A stretch of 64,000 nt of DNA from the human T2T-CHM13v2.0 reference genome, Homo sapiens (GCF_009914755.1 NC_060925.1), one strand, 5' to 3'; counted from the first letter of the stretch, positions 14,108-29,551 are shown. Program-made: numbers and translations. The notes: generated from the letters alone by a model not told the origin.

Positions 14108-14362
14108 GGCCAGGCGGAGTGGCTCAGGTTTGTAATCTCAGCCCCTTGGGAGGAGGAGGCAGGAGGATCACTTGATCCCAGGAGTTCCAGACCAGCCTGG
14201 GCCTACACTAAAAATAAAATAAATTAGCCAGGCGTGGTGGTGCGCATCTGTGGTTTCAGCTACCTGGGAGGCTGAGGCGGGAGGATCGCTGAAGCCTGGG
14301 AAGAGGAGGCAACAGTGAGCCGATATCGCACTGCACCCTGGGCGACAGGGCAAGACCCTGTC
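14108..14362 (+). mobile_element. AluJ-like, no polyA tail
   Basis: GGAGGATCACTTGA and GGAGGATCGCT (J-type). Flanked by direct repeat GCTGTGAA. Confidence 0.9.
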
Positions 14363-14378
14363 GGAGGTGAGGCTGTGA

Positions 14379-14696
<318 letters not shown>

Positions 14697-14933
14697 TGAT
14701 TTTTTTATTATTACACTTTGCCCTACTATTCACTGTCCCCCAGTTTTTACTATTAAAGTTTAGCCTCCATAGCTTATGCTTTCTTTAAAGTATAACCACA
14801 CAATTTAAATGACGACAAACAATTATACAGTCTTTTATAATATTGTTAACAGAAAGATGTTATTGCCCTTCTGCAAAGAATACCTCTGCCTTTTGCTGTA
14901 TGAGATTAGGTATTTGATATAGCCAAACCTTGA

Positions 14934-15423
<490 letters not shown>

Positions 15424-17766
15424 AATCTCTATTTTTTGAAGAAGGTACACTGGTGGCATAAATATGACAGCATACTACTGAATTGAGCATTATAATTAAT
15501 TCATAGATCACATTTGTTATGATCAAAAATACTAGTCAAAATATAAATTTTTACAGTTTCATACTTACTTGGTATGCAGTGCCAGACTCAATGAACCCAA
15601 CAAGTTCAAATAAACCTGGGCGCAGACTTATTCATAATTATTTTTCTATCTTGGATTCTTGTCCAAGTTAATCGTTTATGCCAGTAATATGGAACTTGCT
15701 TGTTGACCTTCAAAAGAATATTTCATATAAAATTGAACCCAACTGAAACTGTTGTAGGGAAGAAAAATAGTGTTTCTGAAGATGGCCAGGTATAATATGA
15801 GAATTTTGCACCAAAAATATTACTGAAATGTATAATTACTGAATTTCTACATTAACTTCCACAGCACTTTTTCCAGCACATTTTCATAGCCATTACATTT
15901 TCTGAATGCAACACAGGTGTTATGGACCATCCATCCTACTAGCCCATTCGCTTCTTGGGAGCTGGAGCCACTCCTGATTCTTTACCGTGCTGTTAGTGCC
16001 TTACATATAATAAGCTTCCAATAAACTATGGTGAATAAATGACTGAATGGGTGCTAACACTTGGCAACATGTTTTTGCTTCTTTATTTTGAAAAACACTG
16101 GATTTGACATTACAATATTTAGATTTTAGTACTAGATCCTTTAATTACTAAATTGTGACTTTCATGGTTTTCATTGTATTTCCATAGCCTTCAAGTTCAT
16201 CCAGTAAATGGGGAATAATCATTGCTACCTCAAGTGATTGCTACAGGGATGACACATGAGAAATTTCTGTATAAACTATAGAGTCCAATGTTACTGTTCT
16301 TAGAACTTTCAGGCCCAGAAATATTCTTTATGTCATTCTAATAAGTTATCATTTTCATTAGCAGCTATATCAATTAATCCTGATTGCTTATAATTAATTA
16401 TAGAAACTGCACTCAGCTACAAATTTGAATTCTATTGAATTCAAACCTAAACTTAACAGATGTCATTGACCAGGAATTGTTAATATTGTCTGAATTAGGC
16501 ACTTTGCATTGTCATAAAATTTAAGACCAAAAGTATCAAGAAGTGGGAGTATTTTATTAAAACTTTCATAGTAATGATAATACCTTACATTTCCACAATA
16601 GTTACATCTGTAGCACATATCACATTTACTCCTTGGAAAAATATCTGAAAGTAGTCTTGGTACTTGCTATCAGTTCCATCTTTCGAAAGGAGGAAACCAA
16701 AGCTCATGGAGGTTAAATGACCTGCCCAAAGCCATGTAAGTCAGAGAGTCTGGTCAAAAAGCCAGGTTCATTGACTCTCAATAAAGGATTTCTTTTTTCA
16801 CCATGTCCGATAAAAAAATCTCAAATATATACTTCTTAGCAATTATAAGTTGTATTTTTCACAGGTGTAGTGTTGCCAAGTATTACTACATTTTGTCAAA
16901 GGTTTACTACTGAAGAATAAAACATGTTAATACTTAGACCTTCCCTAACAGCATGCTTTATGTCCTCCTCAATTACCCTTATACTATACAAGACCACATA
17001 AAATCATTGACCCAAGAATGGCTCTATTCTTTGTTGTCAAGAAATAGATTCAACAGCTAAAAACAACATGACTTTCCTAACCACATATGTTAATTATAGG
17101 ATTATTTCTGTAGAAACAATTGAATAATTTAATACCAGTAGAACAAAATTAAAGTAGTCCCAGATTGAAAATGTTTTCTGAAGAATACATAAGCATTAAT
17201 ATGAGAAGGGTCTTTTATGTTACAGTATTTTCTTTAGCCTCGTAGTTATTATTGATTAGTTATAAAATGACAATGAAGGTTTTTTAAATGTTACATATTT
17301 AATAAAGTGAACTTATCTATGTACAAACTTACTTTAGACTAAAGATTCTCATTGTTTGACCACCTACTCCAGTCACTGTGTGGGCTGGTCCTCAGAGGCA
17401 TTATATCACTTTTTTCTCACAAAATCCTGCAAAGTAAACAGAGCCATCCCTATGTTACAGATGAGGAAACAAAGACCCAGAAAGAGTGACCTGCCCAAGA
17501 GACACAAGGACCAAGGGGCAACACTATGGCAGAAACTCAGGGTGGCTCAACTCTAAATGCCTTTACACAACACCAAACTGTATGGTCTTGCTTGGGTACA
17601 TCTCTGCTGGGCTGAGAGCCCCCACAGTGACCTGGAGAGAACTGGGGAGGAGAGGGAGAGGTCAACTAGCCCCCAGAGCGAGATCCTGGTAGAGTGGGTT
17701 TATACTGTGAGGTCGAGGGTCCCAATTTACTTACACAAGGAGAACCAAATCAGATGGCACTGGGAT

Positions 17767-18181
17767 CTTCCTTCCTTCCTTCCTTCCTTCCTTCCTTCCT
17801 TCCTTCCTTCCTTCTTCTTCTCTCCCTCCCTCCTTCCTTCCTTCCTCTCTCTCTTTCTCCTTTCTTTCTTTTTGAGACAGAGTTTCACTCCTGTTACCCA
17901 GGTTGGAGTGCAATGGCACAAACTCGGCGCACCACAACCTCCACCTCCTGGGTTCAGGCGATTCTCCTGCCTCAGCCTCCTGAGTAACTGAGATTACAGG
18001 TGCCCAGAGTAACTGAGATTACAGGTGCCCACCACCACACCCAGCTAATTTTTGTATTTTTAGTAGAGATGGGGTTTCACCATATTGGCTGGACTGGTCT
18101 CGAACTCCCGACCTCAGGCGATCCACCTGCCTTGGCCTCCCAGAGTGCTGGGATTACAGGCGTGAGCCACCATGCCTGGCC
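17767..18181 (-). mobile_element. AluS with (CTTC)n-derived tail and internal 25-bp tandem duplication
   Basis: TSD GGCACTGGGAT (17756-17766 / 18182-18192) encloses the microsatellite and the Alu body. Confidence 0.92.
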
Positions 18182-21100
18182 GGCACTGGGATATTTCTGA
18201 GAGTTAGAAACCCTGGTTGTCGTGTTGGCTCAGTTGACAATCAACCAGCTGTGGGGACTCAACCAAGATGCTTTACCTAATTGAATCTGTCAAGATGCTA
18301 TGGTTTGGTCACAAGGTTTGGCCTTGCAGTAGAGCCTTGGACAGATCCATCACATCAACACAGAAAATTAGAAAATGGCTGTCCTAAGAATAAATAAGTA
18401 GAAAATAGGATAGTTGAAATAATCTAGCGTGACTAAAAGCTTCTGGTAGGCAACAAAAAAGTCTGAATTCTCCTGACTCAGTGTAGATGGATTAGGTTAA
18501 TCAGACAGTTGCCTAAGTTGGCACTTCATTTGGCCTTTGTGCTCACAGCCATGGAATTGAGAACACTTCAAAATCACCCAGAATTCTAAATTCCACTTTG
18601 ATTATCTGAGGTGATCTTTTATGTATCAATCATGGTACCCAGCATAAAGTATGTGCAACTCAACAGTAAAAAAGGAAATATATGAAGATAATATAAGCCA
18701 CACTGTAATTCTTAATCATGCTTACATTTTTGAAACTGAAACCTAACCTTAAGTCAAGTGATAGGAGAATGATGTGTATTTACTACATTTGGACACCCAG
18801 GTAAAACAGACTTTGACTGTAATAGTGGTCATGCTTTTCTTTTATGTTCTTTTGAAAGAATCCATTGTTGGTATTTTTGTACAGTACGTGCCATAAAACT
18901 ATGTAACACCTCTGACATCACCATTTGTTCACTTGTACTAAAGAGGAATGCAGTGACTCCTTAGATCTTCAACATACCTGACAGTGGGAGTCATTTTTCT
19001 ACAGCAAATCACTTAAATCTAAGCCAGTGTGCACCATCTCAACCTTTGTTCAAGCTACTGATAGCTTCTGTACACTATACAGTATCTTTTGAAGGCAGAA
19101 TGTGACATATTCATTTCCTAGCAATGAAATTCAGAAAGCTCAGAGTTAATTTTTATGCTTGGTGGCTAGAACTTTCTTTGATTTTAGGTTTTGTAGGCCA
19201 GTGATCCCCTCCTCCCTCCTGATTCAGTGGTTCTAGTTCTTATCCTAGTCTTAATGATGTTATATTTCTGGTCTTTGTTTTTACTTTAAGCCACTCCAAT
19301 GGCTGAGTTTTAAATGTAGGCAGAGTATAAATAATAGAGGAAGAATTAGTTAACCTGTCATGAACCAAGATTGCCTGACAACATGTCAACCTGATAGATT
19401 GGTTTCAAGTTATAAAAACTATTAAATTGATATACAGAGTTGGAAGAGGCACATTAAATATCTTTCATTTCCCTCTTTTAACACTTCTCCTCCAGTTATG
19501 CTCAGACCACTCCTATTTTTTCCAAAATCATTCATCTTGGCAGTTGATTAGTGCTAGGCCATGGAGACACAAGATAAATAAAACAAAACAAGATGAAAAA
19601 TTATTTCAGTTTGATCTTGGAGAAGCAGACAAGTGTAGTTGTAACATAGCTACAGGTGCAGGGGAACCTGGGCTGAAGGGTGAGCTGGGGAGAAGATACT
19701 GGAGAAAATTACCCAAATGGGAATAAGCTTCTAAAAAGAAAACATGGCTACACATTTCGATGATCTTAGCAAAAGGACAAAGTTTGGTTTTGCTAAATGG
19801 AAACTCAAAATTTCAACTTGACAAATATTGAGTTTCTGGTGTATATTTAAGATTTTATAAGTGCCGTGGGGATTCAAAATTCTGAGAAATCATAAATGCT
19901 GAGAAAGAGGAATTTACAATTCTATAAATAGACAAACTCTAATGAGACCAGGAGTAGCATAAGATTATGATCAAATGTTAGGATTAATGGTGCAGAAAAG
20001 AACGCTAAATCAATAGTTCCCTATCGAGACAGCATTTTATGCTGTTGAAAAACACACATTCCCAGAATTTGAGATATGCAAGCTGGTTTGGGAAGGCAGG
20101 TCAAAGTGGTTGGGAAAAGTCACTAAGCAGGAAGTTGGCTCTCAGAGTTGCTTAACAGAATTAAACATAAAATACAAAGTCTTTCTTTAGAAAACAGATA
20201 CTAATTTACTTGATGCAACTAAGGTATCACTATGGAACAAGATACATACTCAGGGCGTCTTTCCCAAAACTGACCAGTTGGGCCTGATATTCACTTAGAT
20301 GTAGGGTTATAATTTAGTAATATTCGCAGCTTCAGAATGATACATTGAACTCTGCAGGCTTTAATCTCTTTATTATGAAGGGGCATGTGAGGAATATGCT
20401 ATATTTAACACTATAGTAAAAGGGCCATGCCATTTCTCTCCCTTTTAATTCTGTTAGCCAATTGACCAATTATTTATTTGACTACTATAGATACATAAGT
20501 AAAATTCTAATATAATAAATCATAAGTATACTTAGGATTTTTCCCAAAGATTGTGCCACTTGAATTTTAGTGACACAAAGAAATTGAATTATACTAAACT
20601 AGTTGCTAGATCTATGGTTAGCTGAACATGTGTACCTCCTACAATTTTGACACAAGAGTGTCAAAGTCAATGTATGTACCAGGCGGGAAAGGCAACCAAA
20701 AGTTTTAGGCTCTCCAAGAAGAAAGCTCCTTGACTTATACTCATCAGAGATCACTGAGTTCACCCCAAGTCATGGATAGGGGAGACTATAAATTCCAGCT
20801 GAGAAATCAGTGAAACGAGGACAGGAGAAACCAATGGAGGAGGAACAAGTGACAACTAGAAAACCTGGCCAAGGAGTCCTTTAGCATGTAGGAGAGACAG
20901 GAAGACTCGCATATCGCTAAACCAATAACAGATAGGAAAGAAAGGGAGGATAGAACACAAATCAACAAAATTTTCAGACCTCAGCCTGGTCAGGTATCAG
21001 CAGCCAAGTAAGAATCTGCTAGGCAATTGCAAGAGAAAAGCTGGTTTTGCTGAGAAGTGGGTCCAATAAATTGAATACAAGTTGCCATAAAACAGTTTTT

Positions 21101-21329
21101 TAAAAAAGATATGATTGCAACAAGCCGATTGAAGTTGCAAAGAATCATTGCCTTCATTTACAATTTTATCATGAGAAATAAAATGGTATGAGATTTATAT
21201 AAGCTCTCTTTATGATTTACTCTCTTGCACTCGTCCATGAGAAGAGATAGAGCCTGGCCTGAGATATCACTGTCTGCACATTTCCTGTTCCAGGAGAGTC
21301 ATGCATGGGCAGAAACCATAGAAGCTACT

Positions 21330-21570
21330 CAAGAGGAGAGCAAGTCTGAATGTTTTCTCCATGCCAGGTGCTGTGCTCAAAGCTTTGCATACAATCTCAT
21401 TTAATCCTCACAGCAATCTACTACCATCTCCATTTCATAGTTTAGAAACTGTGGCTTCAAGAGGTGAAGTGAACTGCTCAAGGTCACATAAGGGTAAGTG
21501 ACAGAATTTGGACTCAAACCCAGGACAGATTTCAAAACCCAGATTCTTATAATGTATGCTACTGTAATAA
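21330..21570 (-). mobile_element. MIR
   Basis: MIR core: CATTTAATCCTCACAGC...GAAACTGTGGCTT...AGGTCACA...GGACTCAAACCCAGG. Confidence 0.8.
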
Positions 21571-21864
21571 GTTCATTAAAGGAATGAATGGAAAGCAGTT
21601 GTGCACACGATCTCCATTAAACTCACATTAACCTCTTCTTTCCTCCTCATGAAAGATCTGACCTGTCTCGTAGTTCATTTTGGACAGCCTTTAATTTTAA
21701 ATGGCCCAGTCTAAGAATCACATGCAGTTGAAAGATCCTTCCTCCCCCTGGGAGGTCTGTTTTCGACTTAGGAACCTGCAGTGGAAGAGGGAGGTGCTCC
21801 GTCTCCTCCACCATCTGCTGACTGCAGCTTGTGGCCCCTGCAGACCAGGTGCAGGATGAGGAGT

Positions 21865-22270
21865 GTTGCAGCTTGCAGTGTTGTAGGAAGCAGACGCTGA
21901 GATGGAGATAGATGTGCAAGGAGTGCTTTGGGGATCCACATGCGGGGAAGGGATGGGACTAAGGGAGAATCTGAGCAATCTGACTAAAGCTTCATTCAGA
22001 TGTCCCCACAGAGAGCTCTGGAGCTACGGTGGGCCTTCAGAGTTGCCCTGCATGAGAGGCTGGGGATTCATTTGTTTTCTACGTGAATCAGTCATTGAAT
22101 GGGCTTCTCGCTTCAGCTGTGACATTGGGCAAGGCAAATTTCTTCAGCTGAGGCAACCCCCATAGAAAGGTAAAGGCTGAGGGCCATCTTCCTGAAGCAC
22201 TCCTAAAACCTGGGGGAAATGAGTCTTTCTTTCCTGAAAAGAAGTATCTGTTGTATACCACAGCATTCGC
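21865..22270 (-). mobile_element. ERVL solo LTR (LTR16-like)
   Basis: GGAAGCAGACGCTGAGATGGAGAT...TGCAAG matches the reverse complement of an LTR16-type 3' end. Confidence 0.55.
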
Positions 22271-23023
22271 CATGGGGATTAAGGGTAAGAGAGAAGAAAA
22301 ATCTTCCTTGACCAGATGGTAGTCTGGCCCCAATGCTCTTTGAGTATAGCAGATAACAAAGGCTGATTTTTAACTCCCATGGGGTACTTTGGAGGTTCTT
22401 CAGAGATCTCCCCAGCAGGCTGACTGCTCATCACTTCCTCTCAGCACCCCTCCTCAGATCCGTCCCTCTAATGGGTCACTTCACCCTCCAACCAGGACCC
22501 TTGGGGAAGATCCCTACAAGATGATCAATACCAGAAACCCTCTACTGTGAGCACTTGTAGCCCTTAAGATCAGATACCTTTGTCCCTCAGACTCTGGATG
22601 TGCAGACCTTTCCAGTATAGTCCTGATGTTTTGTTCTTCAAGAGGAAGACACCATCTTTCCAACTCTAGACTTCCCCAGAAATACATTAGCTCCCAGATT
22701 CTGTGCCCTCCCCCAAACTTCCAGGATCAGCAGTCATGTTTCCAAACTGGTTTTTTTGAAGACCTCTCACAGGGTGTGAGATAATTGAAGAAAACAACCC
22801 TTCCCCTGATAATTCCTCACCGCCTGGTCTCCTTAACCTCTCAGTGAATTCTCTGCCTTTTCTGATCTAGTTTAGAAGTAGGTTATGGGCTAATACTGGA
22901 AGAACTGATTTTGAAATAGGTTGTTATGAGTGTGGTTTAGCAACTCAGGCATACTCAGCATCTGTGGAATTACCCTCTAACAATGTCTTTGTTGGCTTTC
23001 TGAGACTTTACAGCAGGCTTTAA

Positions 23024-23399
<376 letters not shown>

Positions 23400-25796
23400 T
23401 AATGTAAGCAATGCTTAATGGTTGCCCACAGCATAGCAGATTCCTCTCCACTTTAGAGATTTATCAAAGTGAGGAAAGAAAAAAGAAAATAAGGGACAGA
23501 GAGAGGAAGGGAGGAAAAGAAGGAAGAAAGAAGGGAAGAAAGGGAGAGAGGGAGGGAAGAAGATGTTAAGCAGGGAAAAATTTATTCCCAACAGGTAAAT
23601 TTTCTTCCAAGCACTATTCCTGCCAAGACTAATGTTATATGCCATGACCAACAGGATCTTGCCAAAATAGTGACCGATAGGACATGACCCAAATGCCCCA
23701 GACTGAAAATATTCCCTCTCTACCATGCTATCACTTATTTGATTTAGATGGACCCCAGCTATCAAAGACTGTCCCAAATTGCTTGCTTGCTGAAATCACA
23801 GGTCTGACAGAAGTTTCTGCAAACATCACACTTCAGCTAACAACTGGCCTTGAGTATTGACTTTGGGAATGAATCCCTATCTAATCTTTATTTAATTTAA
23901 TTTATCCCAAATGGTTTCATATTTTTACAACTCAGTAACTCAATGCAGGAAAAAAAAGTGTCAGTGTCTGTTTTTCTAACAAACCATATCCAAATATTCT
24001 AATAGTGATTTTTTTTTCAGCTTGACAAAAATGAGGAGCTCAGCCTTTGAACAGTATAAACATGTGTTGTCATGCATGCTTTTTGCATAAGTCCTGCTCT
24101 GTTCTCCTCCAGTGTATCCTCTTGGAATGTACCTGGTCATGTTCTCATTTTTCTTTTGAATCCACTAAGGAATGCTTTTGTTTTCTGGCCAGGAATTGCT
24201 GGAAGATGGCAGACACAGCCATGCAAGCATTTCTGGTGGTGCAGCAAAAACAGCCCACGTCATGTACTCTGTCATAAAGTGAGCAGGGTTTGCATAGGAC
24301 AAATACCACATAGTCCCAAGTGTTGACTGTATCTACCTTCTCATCTCTTAAAAAATACACATATACACACATATGTGAGTGTGTTTTCATCCCCTTGTTG
24401 TATTTTAAAGATGAAACCATAAGCAGTCTCCCTGGACAGAGATATTTATGTGTTCTTTTCATCTGATGATTTGTCTCCAATCATTTGGGCCCTGCCTTCA
24501 TGTACACATTTTGGGAACAGCTGAGATCTGTCCTGTACTTTTCCCGGCTGTGATAGCCAATTTTCACGAGGTTACACAGGCCATACAAGGGCAGTATAAT
24601 CAACACCATAACCCTGTACAGAGACATAAATCTTAAAATACACTAGCAAGAGTATCAATCCAACTGGCAAGGGTGAAAATGGCTTTGAATACCAAGTGCC
24701 TATTACTATCACCAAGGAGGATCTGTATGTTTTTGTAGTCTCCACTCAATTCTAATACTTTCTCTGGGGCTTAGCAGAGAATCAGTTCAATTCTCACTGT
24801 GAATCAGTGTGTCAGGAACACATAAGACATCACCCTCAGCCTTCTGCCATAAGCAGGTGTAAAGTCAACAAGGATATCTGGCAACATCTTTTCTATATTA
24901 GAAAAGAAAAGCCCTTACCTGAAGTACAAAGCATATCATATTATAATTATTGTCAGAAATAGTATGGATGACATTCATGGAAATAGTACTTTATATTTTA
25001 AAATGGCTTTTACCTATTAGTCACCATGCACAATTGGATAGCCCAATCAGATATGTTAGAAACTCCCCTCCTCTAAAATAGTAGTTATTGGGCAAAGTAT
25101 GTAGAGGCAACTGGCTCCACCATATGCCCCTGAACAAAATGTCTTGACTGTCCACTAATCCCACCCAACTGAGAGTTTTGAATAATCCAAGCCTAAACTG
25201 GGAAACCCAGTCTCAGTCCTATTGTGACTTTTCCCTCACTGGTCAGGAGGAAGTATTCATTCCCTTGATTGAAAGCTTCCTTTTTGTTACTTCAGCCTTG
25301 GTTACAAAAGCACAGATATTTGTATTGATCCATTCATTTCCTTGGCTCATCAGGAAACAACAAATGACAAGGTAACATGCACAACCAGCCTGGGCTAACA
25401 CCTTGGTAGAGTTGAGAACAATTAGGTGGTTTGCAATAGCCAAATATCTCCAGTTCTCAAGAAGTAAAGCCAAAGAGCAAATATAGCCGAAAGCACTAAT
25501 CACACTCAAGTAATAACCCCCATCGAGAAGTCACAAAAAAGCAGAGCCTATCTCCTCCTACTCCTCCAGCACAAAGGAGACCCAGAGGAAATCTCTGTCT
25601 GTGGTAGCCCAAAGATAGGTCCAGGTAGCAAAGCTGAAACACCTTATTTTTGGGCATCCTTTTATTAATTTACTCAGGAAGCACTTTTTTTTTTCACCAA
25701 GCAGCTACCCTGCAAGGTCCCAAGAATTGCATCAATGCTTTAAGTCACTGGAAATTATTGCCAAATAAAGTTGGGGAATTCTCTCTCCTGGTTCTA

Positions 25797-25956
25797 TTTT
25801 TTTTTTTTTTTAGACCAAGTCTCACTCTGTCATCCAGGCTGGAGGGCAGTGGTGCAAACTCAGCTCACTGCAACCTTCGCCTCCCAGGTTCAAGGGATCT
25901 CCTGCCTTAGCCTCCTAAGTAGCTGGGACTACAGGCATGCACCACCACACCCAGCG

Positions 25957-25994
<38 letters not shown>

Positions 25995-26112
25995 TAGAGA
26001 CGGGGTTTTGCCATGTTGGCCAGGCTGGTCTGGAATTCCTGACCTCAGGTGATCCACCTGCCTCAGCTTCCCAAAGTGCTGGGATTACAGGTGTGAGCCA
26101 CTGCAGCTAGCC
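25797..26112 (-). mobile_element. AluS with expanded middle A-rich linker
   Basis: Alu dimer with a long T run at 25959-25992. Confidence 0.92.
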
Positions 26113-26673
26113 TCCCCTGGCTCTATCTTAAAATACTCCCCCTCCTATTACATTTCTTTAAAGTATGAACTGACTAGGAAGAGAAAGAAAAGTGAGTATC
26201 ACCTTTTGTGCTTTTTGAATAGAAAAAACACACAAGAAGAGCACAAAAAAACACCCATGGGCTGCAATAAAACGATCTAAACCAAGAGTGTACTCTAGAA
26301 TAAGATGGGAAAGTGGCAATTATATGTCTATGCTTACAGGATCAGGAGATGCAGGATTACAAACTTTGCTGCCAAAGAGTGTGACCATTAATTGAAGAAC
26401 ATAAAGACATCACTATCTTACAAAGACACTGAGTTGCTTACAAAGTCTGCCACCGCCTTGTTGCCCTGCCAGACACCTCATTCCTCTGCCTGTGCCACCG
26501 CCTCATTTCTCTCAGGAGATGGAAGGGCACTGGCGGAATGTTATCCTTCTTTACCTCTCTTACTGCACCTCTTGCGGCCTTAACACTAAGAAAGGAGAGA
26601 AAACAATCATCATGGTGAGAGCTGATATCCTCCAACAGAAAGGGAAGTGAAAGTTCCCAGCCGGCAGGGATGG

Positions 26674-26741
26674 AAGAGAGTGCAGTATGTCTATTTCAAA
26701 TAGCTGCAAGAGAGTGCAGTACGTCTATTTCAAATAGCTGC
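26674..26741. repeat. 34-bp tandem duplication (2 copies)
   Basis: AAGAGAGTGCAGTAYGTCTATTTCAAATAGCTGC x2 with one mismatch. Confidence 0.95.
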
Positions 26742-27062
26742 ATACATCATGACTTAGTGTGGAGATAAGCTACTGTTGTATATCCTATTCTCTATAGAAC
26801 ATAAAACATGCAGGGGAAGGAGGAAGAGATAAAAAGGTGAGAAGAGCAGTCGCAATTTCATGATTGGTATCAGATGATGTTTTACATTATGTTAAGTTGA
26901 CTGAAGGGAGTGATAGATTCTGCTTCCACTTCCTAGAAATAACTCAAGGGATGAAGATGGCTGTTTGAAAGAAAAAGGCAACAAAGACTATATGCCTGGA
27001 ACAAGCTTATCACTTAAAGATATTCAGTCTCTCGGAGTAGCTCTTTCTTAGATGTGTATGTG

Positions 27063-27137
27063 TCTCTCTCTCTCTCTCTCTCTTTCTCTCTCCCCCTCAC
27101 CACCATCCTCTCTCTCTCTCTCTCTGTCTCTCTCTCC
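27063..27137. repeat. (CT)n microsatellite, interrupted
   Basis: CT runs visible in the sequence. Confidence 0.9.
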
Positions 27138-27791
27138 TTTTTGATATTATTAGAACAATATAGGAATCTGAGGATTTTAAATCTCAAGACTTTCATTGTC
27201 TCCTTCAAGTCCCAAAGCTTAGAATACTTTTCGAAGATCTTTCTTTTCACTGATAAATCATTTCTTTGTATTTGCCTCTGCCTGTCTTCTTGTTCCTATT
27301 TGCAGACCTTCAGGTTGGCAATTTGAACTCCATGGGCAGGCTCTCCAGAGAAAAGGAGATGAAATTATTTTAAGAGAGTCAACAAAAATCCTTTGGTAAA
27401 AATACTTCAAAAGGGATTCCCTTTTGAAGGGATTATATTGCTTATATCCTGGAGTCCTCGTGGGGATACAAATGACACCTAAGAAATTACAATCATTTAC
27501 CAAAAGAGCTGCACAAACATCTAATTTTGTGACTTATCAGGAAAGCACAGAGCAATGTGTGAATATAGACAGTGTGAAGTCAGCTTTAAGTGGTAGCATT
27601 TATTTTTAGAGTTAATCACAGTGTTATGGTCCACTTGGACAGGACATACATATCAAAAATTTAATACTATGATCATATCATAGTAAGTAATTCATTTATC
27701 TTAGTTTGAATGTAATAGTTTGCCAAGTCAGGACTCAATCATGAGAAATATTAGAGTTCCAACTCTAGGGATGTTTTCCTTGTAGAATCTT

Positions 27792-27795
<4 letters not shown>

Positions 27796-27835
<40 letters not shown>

Positions 27836-28128
27836 TTTTTGAGACAGAGTTTCACTCTTGTCACCCAGGCTGGAGTGCAATGGCATGATCTCAGCTCACT
27901 GCGACCTCCATTTCCTGGGTTTAAGCGATTTCTCCTGCCTCAGCCTTCCAAGTAGCTGGGACTACAGGCAAGTGCCGCCACCACACCTGGCTAATTTTTG
28001 TATTTTTAGTAGAAACGGGGTTTCACCACGTTGGCCAGGCTGGTCTGGAACCCCTGACCTCAGGTGATCTGCCCGCCTCGGCCTTCCAAAGTGCTGGGAT
28101 TACAGGCCTGAGCAACTGCACCTGGCCT
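27796..28128 (-). mobile_element. AluS with (TTTA)n tail
   Basis: TSD TTGTAGAATCTTATT on both sides. Confidence 0.92.
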
Positions 28129-28171
28129 TCTTTGTAGAATCTTATTCACTTAGTTTCGTAGACCGTGTAGG

Positions 28172-28355
28172 CAGTGTTGTGCTGGAGCCAGCTGTGCACA
28201 TGTCTTCCCAATGCCACATTCAGTGACTACAGGTTGGAAACTTGAAATCAGCAATGATGAGATTATTTACACCATGGAAATCAGCAAATACTACAAATCA
28301 GGGCTTCCCTCCATCACCCTCAGAGTTGGCTGTTAATGATACACCAGTCACTACT
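28172..28355. mobile_element. MER63A-like hAT (Blackjack) non-autonomous DNA transposon
   Basis: CAGTGTTGTGCTGGAGCC...ATTTACACCATGGAAAT...TACAAATCAGGGCT...ACCAGTCACTACT matches my recollection of MER63A. Confidence 0.75.
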
Positions 28356-29551
28356 ACATAGGGGAAAAGAAAGAAGAGATAAATGTGGCTCATTTTCCTA
28401 CTTCATTACAATGCAGCAATCCTATTTCATCAAAACATTAGTTCATGTTTTGCATAGATGTGGGTAGAAACCAGCATGTTGTTGATCTGGCTAAAAGATT
28501 TGCTGCTTATGCAAATGAACAAGAGAACAGATACTCTCTGGGCTACTATGCTGTTGATAAGAATATTAAATGGCCATAGCATCTACCTTGCCTATCGCTA
28601 TGCAGGGGAATCAGTAAAAGAGAGGAGACAGTGTAACTATTGCAAGCAGTGCCACCTTGACTTCCTGAGAGCCAACACTTGGCACCACATGCTCGGGTTC
28701 CCATCGCTGTGTGTGCAGGAGATGCCATTTCTCAAGACCCTGTATCACCGCACATTAATGGCACACTATTTGCACCTTGGTTTTTAATCTCTTCCATTTT
28801 CTTTGAAAATAAACTCAGAGGCTCATAGATGCCACCTCTCTCCTATTAGCATACATCACATCAACAATCTCTAGCAATGCTCCAATCTCTTAGCTCTTTT
28901 ACATGAAAACACGTAGGCATTTGGAAACCAGAGAGACAAAAGATCAGCGTCTTGGAATGGAATTGGCAAAATGGACAAAGCAGAATTCACCAGTGCTTTT
29001 AAGAGTGATCTGTAAACAGAAGAAACTACAACTGTATTTGGCTTCTAAGAGATGGAAAAATAGCCCAGGAAGGGAGAGACTAGAAAGGTTGAGGGCAGGT
29101 GATGGTTTAGAGGCCACAGGGAGATGAGCAATTATGATTTATTTGACCTGGACACAGCTATCAGCAAAGGAAAACCTGATATCACACATGCACTTTGTCT
29201 GAAACTCAACAAGCCAGCCACTCTCCTCCCTAGAAGTCCCACTGGAAACAACTACAAGCAGTGTGTCTTCACAGATGGCTCCCAAAGCACACCTCTGGCT
29301 CAGTTACTGTTAGTCATTTTAGTGAGTAGTTTGGGATTTGCTTTATGTGCATGAACAAAAGAGGTTTTTTTTTTTAATTTTTTTTCAGTTTTGCAAAAGC
29401 TAAACCTTGAAATTCAAGGACAGTGAAATAGCTCTCATCTATTCTCTTTCTTTATATAAAACCTGCATCCCTCCATTTTTTCTCATTTGCCTACTCATGT
29501 GTGATCCTCAGCATATGCCATCTTGTGTAGATTCAAACACACATCCTGTCT

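Noticed and set aside
16389-16445. Two short palindromes (TATAATTAATTATA; TTTGAATTC-TATT-GAATTCAAA)
   Set aside because: AT-rich context makes chance occurrence plausible; no supporting structure.
17720-18285. Minus-strand donor-like motifs (GTAAGT near 17730, AG|GTAAAG near 18277) as possible upstream PLD5 exons
   Set aside because: Motifs alone are not sufficient without transcript data.
26674-26741. CRISPR-like repeat interpretation of the short direct repeats
   Set aside because: Only two abutting copies, no spacers, and a eukaryotic context.
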